Under the pieces are notes generated by a model. It saw nothing but the letters and a program-made list of their open reading frames with translations. It was not told the DNA's origin and searched no databases. A stretch of 64,000 bases of DNA from an uncultured Clostridia bacterium (GTDB lineage: Bacteria > Bacillota > Clostridia > TANB77 > CAG-508), in assembly GCA_944392425.1 (NCBI GenBank), contig CALXWM010000002.1, forward strand, positions 3,346-67,345, written 5' to 3'. The position numbers were made by a program, and so were the translations under genes. Positions 35,023 through 46,431 of this stretch are shown here, one piece after another; the stretch's first letter is position 1; every line of letters begins with the position of its first letter.

Positions 35023-38000
35023 ATGATTGTAAATGATGAGGTTTTACATGAACTAGAGATTTCGGCGGGAAACAAAAGAGCAGAAAAAGCAAATGATATT
35101 AAATCAAATAATAATGTTAAAATCACAAAAGTTAATTATGAAAATTCAAATAATTTTTCGATTCATGCAGAAGTTAAGGGAAAAAATGACACTTACCACA
35201 CATATATAGAAGTAAAAAATGGAGAAATAGAAAATTTAAACTGTACATGTCCAGATTACGAATCAACATATGGTACATGTAAGCATATTTTAGCAACCGC
35301 TTTAGAATTCAATAGTAACCCATCATATATTCAAATTATTAAAAATCAAACAAATGCAATAAAAAATACTCATAGTAAAAATCAAAATAATGAAAAATAT
35401 AGAATTTATAGACAGATGATAAATTCATTTTACCTAGATGAGCAAAATGATGAAAAAGGAAATTTGGTATATTCAGAAAAAGTAAAAATTGAGCCAAGAT
35501 TAATATATAAAGATAATTTAAAAACTTTTAGATTAGAAGTTAGAATAGGCAATAAGCAAATGTATAAAATAAAGGATTTAACTGAATTTTATACTAGAAT
35601 GCAAAATGCCGAAAGCTATAAATATGGCGCAAAACTAGAATTTGTGCATGTTAGGGAGAATTTTGAGGAAGAAAGCCTTCCAATTTTAGATTTTATTTTA
35701 AAATATGCAGAAATAATAAAATATGCAAATGAAGCAGAAGATAGATATTATACTACTCCACTAGATAAGGCATATATTGTTTTGTCTAATACAGGTTTAG
35801 ATGAATTTTTCAAAATTTTAAAAGAGAAAACAATAGAAATATATGGCGATTATTCCACAGAAAGTGTACAATTTGTGGATAACGAACCTGATATAAAGTT
35901 TGAACTAAAAAATAAAAATGATACAGATTATGCGCTTGCTACTAATATAGATGTTTTCAATTATGTTATTGTAGAAGGTAAAGAATATGCATACTTTTGG
36001 CAAGATGATAAAATGTATAAATGTTCAAAGGATTTTGAAAAGACTGTAATAAAATTACTTAACACATTTAAAGTTAATTTTACAAAGGAAATTATTCTTA
36101 GAAAAGATGAATTTGCCGACTTTTATTCATTAATCATGCCACTTATGAAAGACAAGGTAAATATAAATAATGTAGATAGTGAAGAATTATCTGAATATTT
36201 ACCTAAAAAATTGAAGGTTAAAGTTTTCTTAGATTACAATAAGAAAAATTATATTACAGCAGATTTAAAATTTATATATGATGACTTTGAATTTAGCCCA
36301 TTTGAGCAAGTAGATAAAAAAATTCCAAGAAATGCTGTAGAGGAATCAAAAGCATTAGATATGTTCAGTAAATCTGGATTTATGTATGACCAAAGAAATA
36401 ATAAGCTGGTGCTTGTAAAAGATGATGATATATTCAATTTCTTACAAAAAGGTATAGAAGAATATGTTTCAAAATTCGAAGTTTTGGCAACTGAAGATTT
36501 TAGAAATAAGCAAATAATGAGACCAAAAATCAACTCAATTGGTGTTAAAATTGAGAATAATTTGCTTAGTATAGATTTATCGAATATAGATATAGACAGA
36601 AAAGAAATTGCTGAAATAATGAGAAAATACAAACTAAAAAAGAGATATCATCGTTTAAAAAATGGTGAGTTTGTTGACTTAGAAAATTCAGAAACAATGG
36701 ATATACTAGATAAAATTTCAGACAGTACCAATGCAAGTTATGAGGAATTAATTAGCGGAGAGTTAAAACTTCCTATATATAGAGGAATGTACTTAGACAA
36801 AATCCTTAAAAAGAACGAAAATATTGTTGTTAAAAAGGGAGAATCTTATAGACAACTTATAGATGATGTATATAATAGGCAAATTTCAGATAAATTTGTA
36901 TTGCCAAAAGGACTCAAAGCGAACCTAAGAGAATATCAACAAGTGGGATTTGACTGGTTAAAAACTTTGGATGAATATAAATTGGGTGGAATTTTAGCAG
37001 ATGACATGGGTCTTGGAAAAACAATTCAACTATTAGCAGTTATAATGTCTTATGTTGAAAATACTAATGAAGAAGAAAGAAAACCAGTTTTGGTTGTATG
37101 CCCAAGCTCACTTACTCTAAACTGGAAAGAAGAGGCAAGCAAATTTACACCAAGTCTTAAAACTGTTGTAATTAGTGGAGATTCAAAGGCAAGAGAAAAC
37201 ATTATAAATAATATTCCTGATTATGACATAGTTATAACATCATATGATTTGTTAAAAAGAGATATTAATTTATATAAAGAGAAAAACTACAATTTTAGAT
37301 ATATTATAGCTGATGAAGCTCAATATATTAAAAATAATAATACCCAAAATGCAAAAGTAATAAAGGAAATTAATGCAGATACAAAATTTGCATTAACAGG
37401 TACGCCAATAGAAAACTCACTTTCAGAATTATGGTCAATATTTGACTTTATAATGCCAGGATATTTATACTCATACAATAAATTTAAAATACTTTATGAA
37501 ACACCAATAAGTAAAGACGAAGACAAAGAGGCTATGGCAAAATTAAAAAGTATGATTGAACCATTTATTTTGAGAAGAATAAAAGAAAACGTACTTACAG
37601 AACTTCCTGAAAAAACAATTACTGTGCTAAATAATGAAATGACAGGTGAACAATTAAAAATATATTTATCATATATGCAAAGTGCTAAAAAGCAGGCTAA
37701 AGAAGAAATTGAAGCAAATGGCATAGCTAATAGTCAAATTAAAATACTAGCTTTACTTATGAGGTTAAGACAAATATGTTGTCATCCGGGATTGTTTATA
37801 GAAAATTATGAAGGAGAAAGTAGCAAGCTAAATCAATGTATGGAAATAGTAAAGGATGCAATAAATGGTGGACACAAAATTTTACTATTTTCAGGCTACT
37901 CATCTATGTTTACTTACTTAGAAAGAGAATTCGAAAAAGAGAATATAAAATATTTTAAATTAACAGGACAAACAAAAGTAGAAGATAGAATGGATTTAGT

Positions 38001-38331
38001 AAACGAATTTAACAATAATGACGATATAAAAGTGTTTTTAATTTCTCTTAAAGCTGGTGGAACAGGTCTTAACTTAATTGGCGCTGATATGGTAATACAT
38101 TATGACCCATGGTGGAATTTATCTGCTGAAAATCAAGCAACAGATAGAACATATAGAATAGGTCAAAAAAGAAATGTTCAAGTATACAAATTAATTACTA
38201 AAAATTCAATTGAGGAAAAAATATATAATTTGCAAGAAAGAAAGGCGAAACTTGCAGAAGATATGCTTTCAATGAATGAAACATTTATTAGTAAGTTGTC
38301 TAAAGATGAGATTATGGATTTATTTGAATAG
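35023..38331 (+). CDS. SNF2-family helicase with N-terminal SWIM zinc finger
   Basis: SWIM CTCPDYESTYGTCKHILA. Helicase motifs DDMGLGKT, DEAQYIKN, TGTPIEN and QATDRTYRIGQ. ATG 35023 is preferred over the upstream GTG. Confidence 0.85.
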   Translation: MIVNDEVLHELEISAGNKRAEKANDIKSNNNVKITKVNYENSNNFSIHAEVKGKNDTYHTYIEVKNGEIENLNCTCPDYESTYGTCKHILATALEFNSNPSYIQIIKNQTNAIKNTHSKNQNNEKYRIYRQMINSFYLDEQNDEKGNLVYSEKVKIEPRLIYKDNLKTFRLEVRIGNKQMYKIKDLTEFYTRMQNAESYKYGAKLEFVHVRENFEEESLPILDFILKYAEIIKYANEAEDRYYTTPLDKAYIVLSNTGLDEFFKILKEKTIEIYGDYSTESVQFVDNEPDIKFELKNKNDTDYALATNIDVFNYVIVEGKEYAYFWQDDKMYKCSKDFEKTVIKLLNTFKVNFTKEIILRKDEFADFYSLIMPLMKDKVNINNVDSEELSEYLPKKLKVKVFLDYNKKNYITADLKFIYDDFEFSPFEQVDKKIPRNAVEESKALDMFSKSGFMYDQRNNKLVLVKDDDIFNFLQKGIEEYVSKFEVLATEDFRNKQIMRPKINSIGVKIENNLLSIDLSNIDIDRKEIAEIMRKYKLKKRYHRLKNGEFVDLENSETMDILDKISDSTNASYEELISGELKLPIYRGMYLDKILKKNENIVVKKGESYRQLIDDVYNRQISDKFVLPKGLKANLREYQQVGFDWLKTLDEYKLGGILADDMGLGKTIQLLAVIMSYVENTNEEERKPVLVVCPSSLTLNWKEEASKFTPSLKTVVISGDSKARENIINNIPDYDIVITSYDLLKRDINLYKEKNYNFRYIIADEAQYIKNNNTQNAKVIKEINADTKFALTGTPIENSLSELWSIFDFIMPGYLYSYNKFKILYETPISKDEDKEAMAKLKSMIEPFILRRIKENVLTELPEKTITVLNNEMTGEQLKIYLSYMQSAKKQAKEEIEANGIANSQIKILALLMRLRQICCHPGLFIENYEGESSKLNQCMEIVKDAINGGHKILLFSGYSSMFTYLEREFEKENIKYFKLTGQTKVEDRMDLVNEFNNNDDIKVFLISLKAGGTGLNLIGADMVIHYDPWWNLSAENQATDRTYRIGQKRNVQVYKLITKNSIEEKIYNLQERKAKLAEDMLSMNETFISKLSKDEIMDLFE

Positions 38332-38377
38332 ATCCGTTGCTTTTAATAAATCATCATATAGCATTAAATAGTAAGTT

Positions 38378-38519
38378 CAAATATACATTCTCTCTCATTT
38401 CGCTTCGCGGGTCGCTATTCGCTCCAGCTCGCACGTTCCACTCGGCAGATAAACCATATTGCAAACTTTAAGTATGCCCGCTGCCTACGCTCACTTGAAA
38501 TGTTCGAGAACATATATTG
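38378..38519 (-). repeat. GC-rich TIR element (MITE-like), orientation B
   Basis: CAAATATACATTCT ... AGAACATATATTG. The interior is homologous to 31213 and 53171. Confidence 0.85.
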
Positions 38520-38553
38520 GAACTTTTATTAAAAAGAAAGGAAGTTAATCAAA

Positions 38554-40146
38554 ATGGAAGATTACATTAATATAATAGGCGCAGGCTTAGCTGGAAGCGA
38601 AGCGGCATACCAAATAGCAAAAAGAGGAATAAAAGTAAGACTATATGAAATGAAGCCAGTAAAGTTTTCACCAGCACATTCTAATAGTAATTTTGCTGAA
38701 ATAGTATGTAGTAATTCTTTTAAGTCAAATTTGCTTACAAATGCCTGTGGATTGCTAAAAGAGGAATTAAGAAGACTAGATTCTTTACTTATAAAAATTG
38801 CAGATGATACAGCAGTTCCAGCAGGGCAAGCTTTGGCAGTGGATAGAGAAGAGTTTGCTAAAAAAGTTACAGAAAATTTAAAAAATAATCCTAATATAGA
38901 AGTGATAAACAAAGAGGTAGTAAGCAAATATGATGAGACAATAACTGATGAAAATGAAAAAACAAATGTAAATCCAATCTTTTTTGAAGACCTAATAAAT
39001 GAAGATGCAATAACAATAATAGCAACCGGACCACTTACATCTGATTCATTATCCATAGGAATAAAAAAGTTGACTGGAGAAAATGATTTGCATTTTTACG
39101 ATGCAGCAGCTCCAATTATAGAAAAAGACAGCATAGATTTTAACATTGCTTTTTATGGGGATAGATATGAGCAAGAAAAGAAAAAAGATGAAACGCTTGA
39201 AGAATGGCATAATAGAATTGAAAATTACAACAAAGTAAATACCAATATTAGTAGAGGCTCTTTAGATAATAAAAAAGAAGATAGAATAAACACTAATAGT
39301 TATATTAATTTACCAATGAATAAAGAAGAGTATGAAAATTTTGTTCAAGAACTAATAAATGCAGAAGTAGTAACACTTCATGATTTCGAAAAAGGAGAAA
39401 TATTTGAAGGCTGTATGCCAGTAGAAGTAATGGCTAAAAGAGGAATAGAAACATTAAGATTTGGTCCACTAAAACCAGTAGGATTTGACGACCCTAGAAC
39501 AGGTAAAAGACCATATGCAGTTGTACAATTAAGGCAAGATAACTCTGACGGAACACTATATAATATGGTGGGTTTTCAAACAAATTTAAAATATGGTGAA
39601 CAAAAAAGAGTATTTTCAATGATACCAGGGCTAAAGAATGCAGAATTTGTAAAGTATGGTGTAATGCATAGAAATACTTTTATAAATTCACCAGAATTAT
39701 TGGATAATACATACAATTTAAAGAAAAAAACAAATATATATTTTGCAGGACAAATAACAGGTGTAGAAGGCTATGTTGAGTCGATTTCATCTGGATTGGT
39801 AGCTAGTTTAAACGCTGTAAAAAAGTATAATAATTCTAGCAAAGAATTAGTAGAAAGCAAAGCTAAAATTAATGTTTCAAACGTAGAAAACGTAAATTAT
39901 AAAATAGAAGAATGCGAACCTACAAGTGGTACAAAAATTATAGGAAAGATTACGTTACCAAAAGAAACAATGATAGGAGCACTCGCGGATTATATTTCAA
40001 CACCAAAAGATAACTTTCAACCAATGAATGCAAACTTTGGAATTTTACCACCTCTAGAAGGAGAAAAAATAAAAGATAAAAAGAAGAGATATGAAAGTTT
40101 AAGCAAAAGAGCCCTTAAGAAAATTGAAGAATTAAATAAATTTTAG
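38554..40146 (+). CDS. trmFO: Methylenetetrahydrofolate--tRNA-(uracil-5-)-methyltransferase TrmFO (Gid), with K/N/E-rich insertions
   Basis: N-terminal FAD motif [19 protein letters not shown]. Also CSNSFKS, GPLKPVG and [14 protein letters not shown]. Confidence 0.85.
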   Translation: MEDYINIIGAGLAGSEAAYQIAKRGIKVRLYEMKPVKFSPAHSNSNFAEIVCSNSFKSNLLTNACGLLKEELRRLDSLLIKIADDTAVPAGQALAVDREEFAKKVTENLKNNPNIEVINKEVVSKYDETITDENEKTNVNPIFFEDLINEDAITIIATGPLTSDSLSIGIKKLTGENDLHFYDAAAPIIEKDSIDFNIAFYGDRYEQEKKKDETLEEWHNRIENYNKVNTNISRGSLDNKKEDRINTNSYINLPMNKEEYENFVQELINAEVVTLHDFEKGEIFEGCMPVEVMAKRGIETLRFGPLKPVGFDDPRTGKRPYAVVQLRQDNSDGTLYNMVGFQTNLKYGEQKRVFSMIPGLKNAEFVKYGVMHRNTFINSPELLDNTYNLKKKTNIYFAGQITGVEGYVESISSGLVASLNAVKKYNNSSKELVESKAKINVSNVENVNYKIEECEPTSGTKIIGKITLPKETMIGALADYISTPKDNFQPMNANFGILPPLEGEKIKDKKKRYESLSKRALKKIEELNKF

Positions 40147-40306
40147 GGCGTAAAGCTAAAAACAGCGAATATAAAAAACAACATTTACTAGCAATAGAAT
40201 ATTAAATTTATATTACAAATTTAATAATTCTATTGCATATTTTTTGTGATTATTGTAAATTTATATTCAAGATAGATTAATATATAGCAAAAAAATTAAC
40301 ATAATC

Positions 40307-40335
40307 TTGAAACACCTATGAAAATGTGCTATAAT
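40307..40335 (+). promoter_or_regulatory. Sigma-A promoter with extended -10
   Basis: TTGAAA, 17-nt spacer, TGcTATAAT. It lies inside the 5' extension given in the ORF track, which supports the ATG 40369 start. Confidence 0.55.
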
Positions 40336-40368
40336 AAACTTATGATTAAAAATAAAAGGAGGATATCT

Positions 40369-42483
40369 ATGCCTAGAACAATAGATGTAAATAGAATTTA
40401 TACTAATGAAGAATTGGATGCAATGCTTAATGTTGTAAATGAAGAAATAACATTAGCAAGCGATTTAGTTCAATCATATCAAAGAGATTTAGATGAATTA
40501 GAGGCTAATACAACAATGGCAGAGGAACAAAAGAGTCAAAGAAGAGCTTTCTTGCAAAATGCAATTAGAGAAAGTGAAGACCTTAGAAATATGAGAACTA
40601 AGCAATTTGGCGCTATACAGGTTGAAAAGATTGACAGAGAAGTTTCTAATAAGATAATACAAAATCAAGAAATGAACAGAATATGGAATGACACTACATT
40701 AAGAAGCAGAGGCATGGACACAATAATGCGAGAAGCTGAAGAAGAGAGAAACACTGCAATGAATAATGCAGCTTCAGTATTAGCATCAGCAGCTAGAAAA
40801 CTAGCAGAAGAAAGACAAGCAGAGCAAATAACAGCTCAGCCTAATCAAGGTGCAGAATTAAATTCAACCACTAATATACCTAGACCAACATATATGAAAG
40901 AATCAGACAAATGGGAGGTCGTAGATACTTCAAAAGCACCGATTATAAAATTTAAAGATGAAAATGGGATAATATATAATTACGAACCTAATACCGAAAA
41001 CATTACTAAGGCTGAAACAATAGGCAAACATGTGCTAGAAGCATATTGGGTTATGAAAACAAATTCTTGGAATCAAATACCAGATGAAGTAAGGGATTCA
41101 AACAAATTTTACAATCAACTAACAGGTAAATGGCAAGATTGGAAAATCGTCAAAGCTCAAATGGATGAAGAAAAATCAAAATACGAAAATGCTCAAGAAA
41201 ATGGTGATTGGTCAGTTCCTTTAATAGATAAAAATGGCAATTACATATTAGATGAAAATGGAAGAGTAATGCTTAAAAATATGACAGAACCAGAATTTTT
41301 AGCAACACTTGGAACACCTATACCTGAAAAAAGTGAAGCAGAAAAAGCAGCTCTTGCGGAAAAAATACATTCTAAAATAGAAAGTGAAACTACAGAGATA
41401 AATGATAGCAACATTGACCCAGTAGCCATGGGAGAATGGGCAAAAACATCTCAAAAAGACGATTATGGGGAGTTTGGACCATCAAAAGCAGACTCAGTTA
41501 TACAAAAAGCTATACTTACCCCAAAGCTAAACATATTTCAAAAAATTAAATTATGGTTTATGAGATTATTTAATAAAAACTATATTTTACCTGAAATGGT
41601 AGATAACACATTCTATATGAATGCTTCACCAGAAATTCTAAAACAAAAAGAAGAGGCATTAAAAGAAAGTGAACGTATACAAGAATTACAAAAAGAAGAT
41701 AAAAAACATAAAAGAGAAGAACTTATAGAATCAATTAAACATCCAATAAAAACTATAAGAAACATACGAAACAAACCTTCAACAAAGAAACAAAAATTAA
41801 AAGATCCAAAGAAAACTTTATTAAAAGCTGGAGCTGTAGGATTAGCACTTACAATAGCTGGAGCAGGTGGAGTTGCGATATATAATGCATATACAAAGGC
41901 TCAATTAGAAAAACAAGCTCAAGAAGAGGCTCAAAAACAAGCTGAACTAGAAGCTCAAAGAGAAGCAGAAGAACAACAAGCATTGCAAGAAGCTTTGGCA
42001 CAGCAACAAGAGGCCGAAGAGCAAGCTGATGATGTGCTAGTACAACATAGTGGTAATGAATTAACAACAGGTTCAGAAGATAGACAATACCTTGCACCAT
42101 CAGGCTTAGAATATACAGAAAATTCATTAGGCCAAGGAAAAAGAGGAACATTATCACAAGATACGGTTGTAAACGTGTATAATAGAGCAATTGTAAATGA
42201 CGACGAAATATTGTTGACATCTAATGAACAAACTTGGGAAGACTATGCACAATCTCAAGGAATGAGTATGGAAGAACTAGAAAAAATACTAAATGAAGAT
42301 GGCAATCGTGAAATGGTAGCTATACAAGTTGCTGATACAAATCATAATATATTCAATGTATATGGTTGGGTAGATGCTACTGAACTAGAGGAAAATAAAG
42401 AAGGAAAAATAGAATTAGTACAGGGTGATAATACAGAAATGCTTGAACAATTGCAGAATCAAGAACAAGAAGGCGAAAGATAA
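40369..42483 (+). CDS. Coiled-coil protein with one internal TM helix and a Q/E/A-rich low-complexity tract; unknown function
   Basis: RBS AAAGGAGG lies 6 nt upstream of ATG 40369. TM segment LLKAGAVGLALTIAGAGGVAIYNAY. The tract QAQEEAQKQAELEAQREAEEQQALQEALAQQQEAEEQ. Confidence 0.6.
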   Translation: MPRTIDVNRIYTNEELDAMLNVVNEEITLASDLVQSYQRDLDELEANTTMAEEQKSQRRAFLQNAIRESEDLRNMRTKQFGAIQVEKIDREVSNKIIQNQEMNRIWNDTTLRSRGMDTIMREAEEERNTAMNNAASVLASAARKLAEERQAEQITAQPNQGAELNSTTNIPRPTYMKESDKWEVVDTSKAPIIKFKDENGIIYNYEPNTENITKAETIGKHVLEAYWVMKTNSWNQIPDEVRDSNKFYNQLTGKWQDWKIVKAQMDEEKSKYENAQENGDWSVPLIDKNGNYILDENGRVMLKNMTEPEFLATLGTPIPEKSEAEKAALAEKIHSKIESETTEINDSNIDPVAMGEWAKTSQKDDYGEFGPSKADSVIQKAILTPKLNIFQKIKLWFMRLFNKNYILPEMVDNTFYMNASPEILKQKEEALKESERIQELQKEDKKHKREELIESIKHPIKTIRNIRNKPSTKKQKLKDPKKTLLKAGAVGLALTIAGAGGVAIYNAYTKAQLEKQAQEEAQKQAELEAQREAEEQQALQEALAQQQEAEEQADDVLVQHSGNELTTGSEDRQYLAPSGLEYTENSLGQGKRGTLSQDTVVNVYNRAIVNDDEILLTSNEQTWEDYAQSQGMSMEELEKILNEDGNREMVAIQVADTNHNIFNVYGWVDATELEENKEGKIELVQGDNTEMLEQLQNQEQEGER

Positions 42484-42520
42484 TTTGAAACTTAAAGCCC
42501 AAAAAACAATAAAAAATCCA

Positions 42521-42549
42521 TTGACTTTAAGTAAAAATCATGGTAAAAT
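42521..42549 (+). promoter_or_regulatory. str-operon promoter candidate
   Basis: TTGACT, 17-nt spacer, TGgTAAAAT. Followed by a leader of about 140 nt with two hairpins. Confidence 0.5.
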
Positions 42550-42689
42550 AATACTGTTATTTAAGATGCCATTATAGGCTCTTCAAGTAACAGTATTATT
42601 TTGACTTTGCAAAATGAATTAAATAATATAATTTAATTCATTTAGGCAGGCAAAATATTCTAAAAATTAAATCAGGAGGTGAAATTTAA

Positions 42690-43103
42690 GTGCCAACAAT
42701 TAATCAATTAGTAAGAAAAGGAAGAAAATCATCAAAAGCAAAATCAAAGTCACCAGCTTTACAACATGGATTCAACTCTATGAAAAATAGAGAAACATCA
42801 GCAAGATCTCCACAAAAAAGAGGAGTTTGCACAGTTGTAAAAACTGTTACACCTAAAAAGCCAAATTCAGCTTTAAGAAAGGTAGCAAGGGTTAGACTTT
42901 CAAATGGTTATGAAGTTACTTCTTATATTCCTGGTGTAGGACACAACCTACAAGAACACAGCGTTGTTCTAATTAGAGGTGGAAGGGTAAAAGATTTACC
43001 TGGTGTTAGATACCACATTATAAGAGGAACACTTGATACAGCAGGTGTTAAAGACAGAATGCAAGCTAGATCTAAATATGGTGCAAAGAAACCAAAGAAA
43101 TAA
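42690..43103 (+). CDS. rpsL: 30S ribosomal protein S12
   Basis: [11 protein letters not shown]...[10 protein letters not shown] is an unmistakable S12 sequence. GTG start after AGGAGGTG. Confidence 0.97.
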   Translation: MPTINQLVRKGRKSSKAKSKSPALQHGFNSMKNRETSARSPQKRGVCTVVKTVTPKKPNSALRKVARVRLSNGYEVTSYIPGVGHNLQEHSVVLIRGGRVKDLPGVRYHIIRGTLDTAGVKDRMQARSKYGAKKPKK

Positions 43104-43379
43104 AATTAAAATTTATTTTAAATTTGGTCAAATATTAAAGCTTTTTTAATAATAAAAAAGCCAAGCAATATTTAGATTAGCAAATCAAGCAAGGTGCAAT
43201 AATTGATAATTTAGGACTTAAATTATACATAGATTGCACTATGCGGAAACGGAACAATATTTGCATTTAAAATGCAAAATCGTAATACAAACTAAAATTA
43301 AGTATTACAATAAGATGTTTACGTTTCAGAGTACCTAGATGTAAGGTTTACATCAAATAATAATAAGGAGGGAAGAATA

Positions 43380-43850
43380 GTGCCAAGAAAAGGATTTATA
43401 GCAAAAAGAGACGTATTACCAGACCCAATGTATAACAGCAAAGTTGTTACAAAATTAATCAACAATGTTATGCTTGATGGTAAGAAAACAGTTGCACAAA
43501 AAATAGTATATGATGCATTTGACATTATAAAAGAAAAATCTGGAAGAGACCCATTAGAAGTTTTCACAGAAGCTTTAAATAATGTAATGCCAGTTCTTGA
43601 AGTTAAAGCAAGAAGAGTTGGTGGTGCAACATACCAAGTTCCACTAGAAATCAGACCTGAAAGAAGACAAACATTAGGTTTAAGATGGTTAGTAAAATAT
43701 GCTAGAACAAGAAATGAAAAAACAATGTCTGAAAAACTAGCAGCAGAAATACTAGATGCTATAGCAAACAATGGTGGAGCATTCAAGAAGAAAGAAGATA
43801 TGCATAAAATGGCAGAAGCTAACAAAGCTTTCGCTCACTACAAATTCTAA
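43380..43850 (+). CDS. rpsG: 30S ribosomal protein S7
   Basis: PRKG...[14 protein letters not shown]...[19 protein letters not shown] start after AAGGAGGG. Confidence 0.97.
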   Translation: MPRKGFIAKRDVLPDPMYNSKVVTKLINNVMLDGKKTVAQKIVYDAFDIIKEKSGRDPLEVFTEALNNVMPVLEVKARRVGGATYQVPLEIRPERRQTLGLRWLVKYARTRNEKTMSEKLAAEILDAIANNGGAFKKKEDMHKMAEANKAFAHYKF

Positions 43851-43969
43851 TAATATTAAAACATTTGCAAAACGCAAACGTTTTAATAAATTATTTGAAA
43901 ATAGTAATTGCATAAAAATATTTAAGCAGGTTGCTTAAAACAAAATCTTAACAGAAAGGGGAAAAATAT

Positions 43970-46060
43970 ATGGCCGGAGACGGAAGAGAATTTCCTTTAG
44001 AAAAAACAAGAAATATAGGAATTATGGCCCATATAGATGCGGGCAAAACTACCACAACGGAAAGAATACTTTTCTATACTGGTAGAACACATAAAATAGG
44101 TGAAGTTCACGACGGTGCTGCTACTATGGACTGGATGGTTCAAGAGCAAGAAAGAGGTATAACAATTACATCAGCTGCTACAACATGTCACTGGTTAGGT
44201 AATAGAATAAACATTATCGATACACCAGGTCACGTTGACTTTACAGTTGAAGTTGAAAGATCTTTAAGAGTTCTTGATGGTGCAGTTTTAGTATTAGCTG
44301 CAAAAGGTGGAGTTCAACCACAATCAGAAACTGTTTGGAGACAAGCAGACAAATACCAAGTACCTAGAATGGCATATGTAAATAAAATGGATATTACAGG
44401 TGCTGACTTCTATGGTTGTGTTGACCAAATGAAAGAAAGACTAGGATGTCATCCTGTTCCAATTCAACTTCCAATAGGAGCTGAAGATAATTTCCAAGGG
44501 ATAGTTGACTTAATAAAAATGAGAGCTTTCATTCACAAAGATGATTTAGGAAAAGAAATTGAAGAAACAGACGTTCCTGAAGATATGAAGGCAGACGCAG
44601 AAAAATATAGAGCAGAAATGGTAGAAGCAGTTGCTGAACAAGACGATGAATTAATGATGAAATACTTAGAAGGTGAAGAACTAACTGAGGAAGAAATCAA
44701 AAAAGGTCTTAGAAAAGGAACAATTGCTAATACATTAGTACCAGTAACTTGTGGTTCATCTTACAAAAATAAAGGTGTACAAGAGTTATTAAACGCTATT
44801 GTAGACTATTTACCATCTCCACTAGATATTCCACCAATCAAAGGTATTGATGAAGCAGGAAATGAAGTAGATAGAAAGACTGATGATAAAGAACCATTCT
44901 CAGCTTTAGCATTTAAAATTATGACAGACCCATTCGTTGGAAAACTATGTTTCTTTAGAGTTTACTCAGGAACAATTACAACAGGTTCTACAATATTAAA
45001 TGCTACAAAGGATAAAAAGGACAGAATCGGTAGAATTCTACTTATGCATGCAAATCATAGACAAGACGTTGAAAAAGTATATGCTGGAGATATTGCAGCA
45101 GCAGTTGGTTTAAAAGATGTATCAACAGGTGATACACTATGTGATATAGATCACCCAGTTATACTAGAATCAATGGAATTCCCTGAACCAGTTATAGATA
45201 TAGCTATTGAGCCAAAAGATAAGGCAAATAGTGAAAAAATGGGTGTTGCTTTAGCAAAACTTGCAGAAGAAGATCCAACATTCAAAACATGGACAGACCA
45301 AGAAACAGGTCAAACAATTATAGCAGGTATGGGTGAATTACACTTAGACATTATCGTAGACAGATTAAAGAGAGAATTTAAAGTTGAATGTACAGTAGGT
45401 AAACCTCAAGTTTCTTACAAAGAAACAATTAGAAATAAGGTTAGAGTACAAGGTAAATTCGTTCGTCAATCTGGTGGACACGGACAATATGGTGATGTAT
45501 GGTTTGAAATGGAACCATTAGAGCCAGGTTCAGGTGTTCAATTTGAAAGCAAAATCGTTGGTGGTGCTGTACCAAAAGAATATATAAAACCAGTAGAAGA
45601 AGGAATGAGAGAAGCAGCTATGAGTGGTGTTCTAGCAGGATATCCAGTTATAGACTTCAAAGCAACATTAGTTGATGGTTCATATCACGAAGTTGACTCT
45701 TCAGAAATGGCATTCAAAGTAGCAGCATCTATGGCTTTCAAAGAAGGTTGTAGACAAGCAAAATCTGTTTTACTAGAGCCTATCATGAAAGTTGAAATAA
45801 CAGTTCCAGAAGAATACATGGGAGATGTTATTGGAGATATAAATGCTAGACGTGGTAGAATGGAAGGAATGGAAGCAAGAAGTGGTAACCAAATAATAAG
45901 AGGATTTATTCCACTTTCAGAAATGTTTGGTTATGCAACAGACTTACGTTCAAAAACACAAGGTAGAGGAACATATTCAATGGAACCTTCTCACTATGAA
46001 GAAGTACCAAAATCTATCTTAGACCAAATAGTTTCTTCAAGAACAAAGAAACAAGACTAA
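43970..46060 (+). CDS. fusA: Elongation factor G
   Basis: [25 protein letters not shown] and other canonical EF-G sequence throughout. Confidence 0.97.
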   Translation: MAGDGREFPLEKTRNIGIMAHIDAGKTTTTERILFYTGRTHKIGEVHDGAATMDWMVQEQERGITITSAATTCHWLGNRINIIDTPGHVDFTVEVERSLRVLDGAVLVLAAKGGVQPQSETVWRQADKYQVPRMAYVNKMDITGADFYGCVDQMKERLGCHPVPIQLPIGAEDNFQGIVDLIKMRAFIHKDDLGKEIEETDVPEDMKADAEKYRAEMVEAVAEQDDELMMKYLEGEELTEEEIKKGLRKGTIANTLVPVTCGSSYKNKGVQELLNAIVDYLPSPLDIPPIKGIDEAGNEVDRKTDDKEPFSALAFKIMTDPFVGKLCFFRVYSGTITTGSTILNATKDKKDRIGRILLMHANHRQDVEKVYAGDIAAAVGLKDVSTGDTLCDIDHPVILESMEFPEPVIDIAIEPKDKANSEKMGVALAKLAEEDPTFKTWTDQETGQTIIAGMGELHLDIIVDRLKREFKVECTVGKPQVSYKETIRNKVRVQGKFVRQSGGHGQYGDVWFEMEPLEPGSGVQFESKIVGGAVPKEYIKPVEEGMREAAMSGVLAGYPVIDFKATLVDGSYHEVDSSEMAFKVAASMAFKEGCRQAKSVLLEPIMKVEITVPEEYMGDVIGDINARRGRMEGMEARSGNQIIRGFIPLSEMFGYATDLRSKTQGRGTYSMEPSHYEEVPKSILDQIVSSRTKKQD

Positions 46061-46107
46061 TTTATTGAAAATTTCAAATTTTACAGTGCTTTGACTTGAA
46101 TAAGCTC

Positions 46108-46223
46108 CAATATATGTTCTGGAGCATTTCAGCGAACGCAGGCGACTCCGGAGCGGAGTGGCAGCGAGCGAGAGTTTTCGCGAATAGCGAAACCTCGAAG
46201 CAAATGTGGAAGAATGTATATTG
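46108..46223 (+). repeat. GC-rich TIR element (short variant), orientation A, between fusA and tuf
   Basis: CAATATATGTTCTGGAGCATTTCAGCGAACG ... TTTTCGCGAATAGCGAAACC ... AGAATGTATATTG. The flanks extend the inverted repeat (TAAGCTC / GAGCTTA). Confidence 0.85.
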
Positions 46224-46431
46224 GAGCTTAAGCTAAAGTAATTAAACTGAAATTAAAATAAAAAATGAATAAGACTTGCATTTTTTAGTAAAATGATATA
46301 GAATGTAAATACTAAATTTAATCAATTAGTAATAAACACCATAGCTAATGAATAAAATTAAATTTAGCAATAGTCTTAAATAGTTATTAATGTTTTAAAT
46401 TAATAAAATAAAAATAAGGAGGATTTTAAAT

